The notes under the pieces: generated by a model
Seen by the model: the letters and a program-made list of their open reading frames with translations, nothing else
What the model was told of the DNA's origin: nothing
Databases searched by the model: none
Shown here: piece by piece, positions 20,668 to 22,692 of the stretch
Numbering within the stretch: the first letter of the stretch is position 1
Layout: each line of letters begins with the position of its first letter
Origin: Paramoeba atlantica
Lineage: Eukaryota; Protista; Discosea
Reading direction: 5' to 3'
Assembly: GCA_977017575.1 (NCBI GenBank)
Contig: CDRNVI010000107.1
Location: forward strand, 1 to 22,692
Length of the DNA stretch: 22,692 nucleotides
Position numbers and translations under genes: made by a program

Positions 20668-20743
20668 CAACTACCACCTTCCCCCCCTATTTAGCGGGGG
20701 TCGCGCAAGCGACCCCTGATAAATGGGGGGAAGGTGGTAGTTG
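20668..20743. repeat. Long inverted repeat (unit 9)
   Basis: As 105-180. Confidence 0.93.
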
Positions 20744-21063
20744 TTTTGGGGAAATGAGAGGCCGAACGCACGGAGGGGCCGGCCGGGCCATTGAGTCACG
20801 TCAAAGTGTGACGCTGAGTTCGTGGGAAGCAATTTGCGAAGCCCTAGGTGATGCTCAGTTGTATTGGGCGACACCGAGACAAACCACGGAAATCCCAGAT
20901 ACGACAAGGTCTAGATATCATAAAGAGAGAAAAAACCGGAGCTGTAGACGCGAAAAAGAATGACAGAGATATAACAATGCGATATGCGACCGATGAGTTG
21001 AGTCGATGCGTGTGCTGACTCTACCTTCCACCGTCATTCACAGAAAATTAACAAAAAATGTAT

Positions 21064-21274
21064 TATGACAGATAAGGGTGCAGTATGACAGATAAGGGTG
21101 CGGCTTATATGACAGATAAGGGTGCAGTATGACAGATAAGGGTGCATTATGACAGATAAGGGTGCAGTATGACAGATAAGGGTGCAGTATGACAGATAAG
21201 GGGTGCAGTATGACAGATAAGGGTGCATTATGACAGATAAGGGTGCGAGTTTCTATGACAGATATAAGGGTGCG
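21064..21274. repeat. 20-bp minisatellite, 10 copies with small insertions (unit 9)
   Basis: As unit 1 plus an extra G in one copy and an extra AT in the last copy. Confidence 0.95.
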
Positions 21275-21881
21275 GGTGCCCCGGCTTCGAATACGCGGAA
21301 CGCTTCTGACCACACCTTTGTCTGCGGGGGAAAACCTCCGAATGCGTTGTGGGTCGATCAGTAAACGGAAATCTTCCTTAGATGGGAGCTTACGTGTGTT
21401 AGGCTATCTGTTCGATACACCGCAGCAGCAAGGTGACACCTCTCGATGCCAGAGGATTCCGCTTCCTTGGTTTGCAGACGTTACATCCATCCCACCACCT
21501 GCTCCAGTAGCGTGGCACCGCACTTCCTGACGGGGAGTATGGGGATGTAAAGGCACCTATGCCATATCGATACTCCACAGAGTATCGACCGTTCAGCGAC
21601 CAGGCACTTTCCTCCAAGTTTCCCTGCTTTCTCAGGGGAGGCGACATCATTGAACAAGGGTAACCGCCTGTTTTACATACATTCATACATACAAAGGCAT
21701 CTATGCGCCCTGTATTATAAAGCCGTACGTAAAAATCACAGCGTCCCGAGGACTCAATGCCGATTCGAAACGCAACTAGGCCCTTGAGGTGAGAGAGGCA
21801 AAGACGACATTGAAGAAAATCTCGTGAAACGTCGTGAAAGGTCGTCGAAACCTCACCACCTGATTCCTCTTGCATTTAAAA

Positions 21882-22000
21882 AGAGTACAACACTCAGGGT
21901 TCCCGAGCGATCGCTCACCTCAGTACTAACTGAGCCTGACGGTGCTTAACTTCACAAAGCGAACGGGATGTGGTGTTTTCACCGTAGTATGGTCGTACCC
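21882..22000 (-). rRNA. 5S rRNA (unit 9)
   Basis: Identical to unit 1 copy. Confidence 0.97.
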
Positions 22001-22099
22001 GGCGTAACTTGTGAAATCCCCACTATGAAAGAAATATTTTCCACGACAATCTGCCTCATCCTGAGTGTCCCACAGAGGCGCTACTCACCATGTTTACGC

Positions 22100-22290
22100 T
22101 AGCGCAGTGGCTTCCGGGGTTTTTATCATTCGAAAAGGTCACACGGGCTGAGGATCGAACCTCCGTGCAAGTGTTTTGACATTCAGCACATGGCTACAGT
22201 TTGCCACGTGTTGCGAAAATTGACGGGGCGGGAATCGAACCAGGAGTTTGGTTCGTCAGTCTCAGAAAAGCACGCCCTGCCACTAGACAA
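22100..22290. promoter_or_regulatory. Bidirectional A/B-box cassette (unit 9)
   Basis: Same sequence as 1535-1725. Confidence 0.6.
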
Positions 22291-22389
22291 GTTTCCAGGT
22301 TGCATTTTGGGCTAAGACTCGTGGAACAACAAGTTCATCAGTTTGACAAAAGCGAACAATGAGCTCTGGTGGTTGGTAAAGCCCTTGTT

Positions 22390-22498
22390 AACTTTAACGA
22401 TAAAGATACAGTTTCTGTACCTTGTTGGTATGAGAAGCTTCGAACTCTAAGTTCGCTTGAAGGCCCCGGTTCCCGAGAAGGGAACTGGGGCTTATTTG
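22390..22498 (+). ncRNA. SL RNA gene (unit 9)
   Basis: Same sequence as unit 1 copy. Confidence 0.88.
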
Positions 22499-22692
22499 CG
22501 TTACAATAACTCTGTCACCAGGCAGTCTGACTCGCAAAATCGGACTCCACCGATAAATAGGCAGGATGGCATGTTCATTAACGTCTGAAAATCTGCGGCA
22601 CCGCAATTTAAATCTGCACCCATCCTAAACACATCACACAATATATCAACCAATCTTCTCGGTCATCCGCAATCCCGGTCAATGCCTCCTAC

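Larger units (their letters stand above)
1..22692. repeat. Tandem 5S rRNA / spliced-leader RNA gene array, ~2.55-kb unit, 9 copies (first and last truncated)
   Basis: Near-identical sequence recurs at offsets +2555, +5112, +7669, +10223, +12873, +15449, +18011, +20565. Units counted from the (AG)n start: 1-2518 (partial), 2519-5073, 5074-7630, 7631-10187, 10188-12741, 12742-15391, 15392-17967, 17968-20529, 20530-22692 (partial). Confidence 0.99.

Noticed and set aside
20745-22630. Private indels and substitution in unit 9 (G-run shortened, GGAGGG, extra G or AT in the minisatellite, CCTAAAC)
   Set aside because: Mostly homopolymer or dinucleotide slips clustered in the terminal unit; likely consensus errors unless reads confirm them

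Overview
The whole window is a tandem array of a ~2.55-kb non-coding repeat unit. There are 7 complete internal units (2554-2650 bp) plus truncated units at both ends, nine copies in all. Each unit carries a 119-nt eukaryotic 5S rRNA gene on the minus strand. It also carries a divergently oriented euglenozoan-type spliced-leader (SL, mini-exon) RNA gene on the plus strand, with an unusual ~38-nt exon (AACTTTAACGATAAAGATACAGTTTCTGTACCTTGTTG|GTATGAGAAGC). The source is probably a non-trypanosomatid euglenozoan (early-branching kinetoplastid or diplonemid-like); this is inferred from recalled sequences, not a database search. The most notable structure lies in the 389-bp region between the two genes. 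It holds a mirror-arranged set of tRNA-type Pol III A and B boxes, with one A box pointing away from each gene and starting exactly 100 bp from that gene's predicted 5' end. This resembles the trypanosomatid extragenic tRNA-like promoter of U snRNA/7SL genes, here apparently serving 5S and SL RNA. The SL gene also lacks the usual downstream T-tract and a canonically placed Sm site. The spacer contains a variable (AG)28-41 microsatellite, a 74-76-nt GCAA-capped inverted repeat and a 20-bp minisatellite (10 or 14 copies). Unit variants record unequal crossover or gene conversion. No protein-coding gene is supported; all listed ORFs look incidental.
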